From Dictyostelium discoideum (lineage: Eukaryota): 64,000 bases of DNA. The position numbers and the translations under genes are program-made. Of the stretch, positions 63,401 through 64,000 are shown piece after piece. The stretch lies in NCBI GenBank assembly GCA_000004695.1, contig CM000151.3:1504001-1568000 (forward strand). The letters are read 5' to 3'. The notes below the pieces were generated by a model. It saw nothing but the letters and a program-made list of their open reading frames with translations, made no database searches and was not told the origin of the DNA. Positions within the stretch are counted from its first letter, which is position 1, and every line of letters begins with the position of its first letter.

Positions 63401-64000
63401 TCTATCTTGTGGAGGATTAATAAAACCTGATGGGCATTTACAGTTATAGCTGCCAATTGAATTATCACAAACTGCGAGGCTAGAACCATTACATTTATGA
63501 GTATTTAAGCTGCATTCATCAATATCCAAACAAGAAGCTCCATTCTTTGAATAGCCACTTTGACAAGAGCATTCAAAACCTCCTGGATTATTTGTACATA
63601 TTTGACTACATCCACCTTTATTAACCAAACATTCATCTACATCGATACATGATAACCCATCGGTACTCTTTATATATCCCGCTGGACAATTACAATTGTA
63701 ACCACCTTGAGTATTTGCACAGGTAGCTGGTGAAACACACTTTTGAGCTCCAGTTGCACATTCATCAACATCTATATAGGATATTATTTCAAAAAATATT
63801 AGAGTCAAACTCTATTTTATAAAAAACAAATAAATAAAAAAAACTAATCAATACTACTTACCAGTGCAACCTTTTTTGTCTGAATTGAGTGTATAACCTG
63901 TGTCGCAGCTACAGGTGGATGAACCAAATGTATTGGTACATATTTGAGCACAACCTCCATTGGAAGTAGCACATTCATCGATATCGATACATGATAATCC
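60450..64000 (-). CDS. The 3' part of a large extracellular-matrix/adhesion-type protein, with about 14 calcium-binding EGF modules (DxDEC/DINEC...C.C..GY) followed by IPT/TIG-like β-domains, a single TM, and a short K-rich cytoplasmic tail. Exons seen: over 64000 down to about 63863, about 63771 down to 60733, and about 60643 down to 60450. The 5' end lies outside the window.
   Basis: cbEGF repeats [12 protein letters not shown]...[60 protein letters not shown], and others. Introns GTAAGT...TATATAG (phase 1) near 63772..63862 and GTATTT...ATAAAG near 60644..60732. The last exon encodes [64 protein letters not shown]. Confidence 0.7.

Overview
This window is AT-rich (roughly 75-80% A+T) and gene-dense, with long poly(A)/poly(T) tracts between genes and poly-Asn/Gln (AAT/CAA) runs inside coding regions. 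Introns are short (about 80-220 bp), AT-rich, GTAAGT...AG type, and usually lie near the 5' end of genes. It looks like nuclear DNA of a dictyostelid social amoeba (Dictyostelium discoideum-like). All calls come from reading the six-frame track and splice signals by eye, so splice coordinates are approximate (±1-2 bp). The ORF track evidently allows non-ATG starts (for example, the 'M' at 8376 is a TTG codon) and ignores introns, so several genes needed re-modelling.

Gene content, left to right:
- A partial thioredoxin-like TXNDC17/DUF953 gene whose intron contains an (ATAATG)n microsatellite.
- A GPI-type Cys-rich secreted protein.
- A roughly 1050-aa TPR protein.
- An MDR quinone oxidoreductase.
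- An arginine-deiminase/amidinotransferase-fold protein.
- A CBS-pair protein.
- An LTO1/Yae1-domain protein.
- A LAS1 nuclease homolog.
- A tandem array of four GT17 (GnT-III-like) type-II glycosyltransferase paralogs with a Golgi-type sulfotransferase inserted between paralogs 1 and 2.
- A GNAT acetyltransferase.
- Two tandemly duplicated highly reducing type I polyketide synthases (KS-AT-DH-cMT-ER-KR-ACP plus a degenerate reductase-like C-terminal domain).
- An orphan acidic protein.
- A FNIP-repeat gene followed by a decayed paralog.
- A 7-TM membrane protein.
- The F-actin capping protein alpha subunit (cap34/acpA-like, 4 exons, 281 aa).
- The 3' part of a large cbEGF/IPT-repeat, single-pass membrane protein.

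The most unusual structures are in the two polyketide synthases. The second has an internal deletion and inversion whose junction is a 17-bp tandem array. The first carries a 1-bp frameshift relative to its paralog. No tRNA, rRNA, CRISPR or transposon was recognised.
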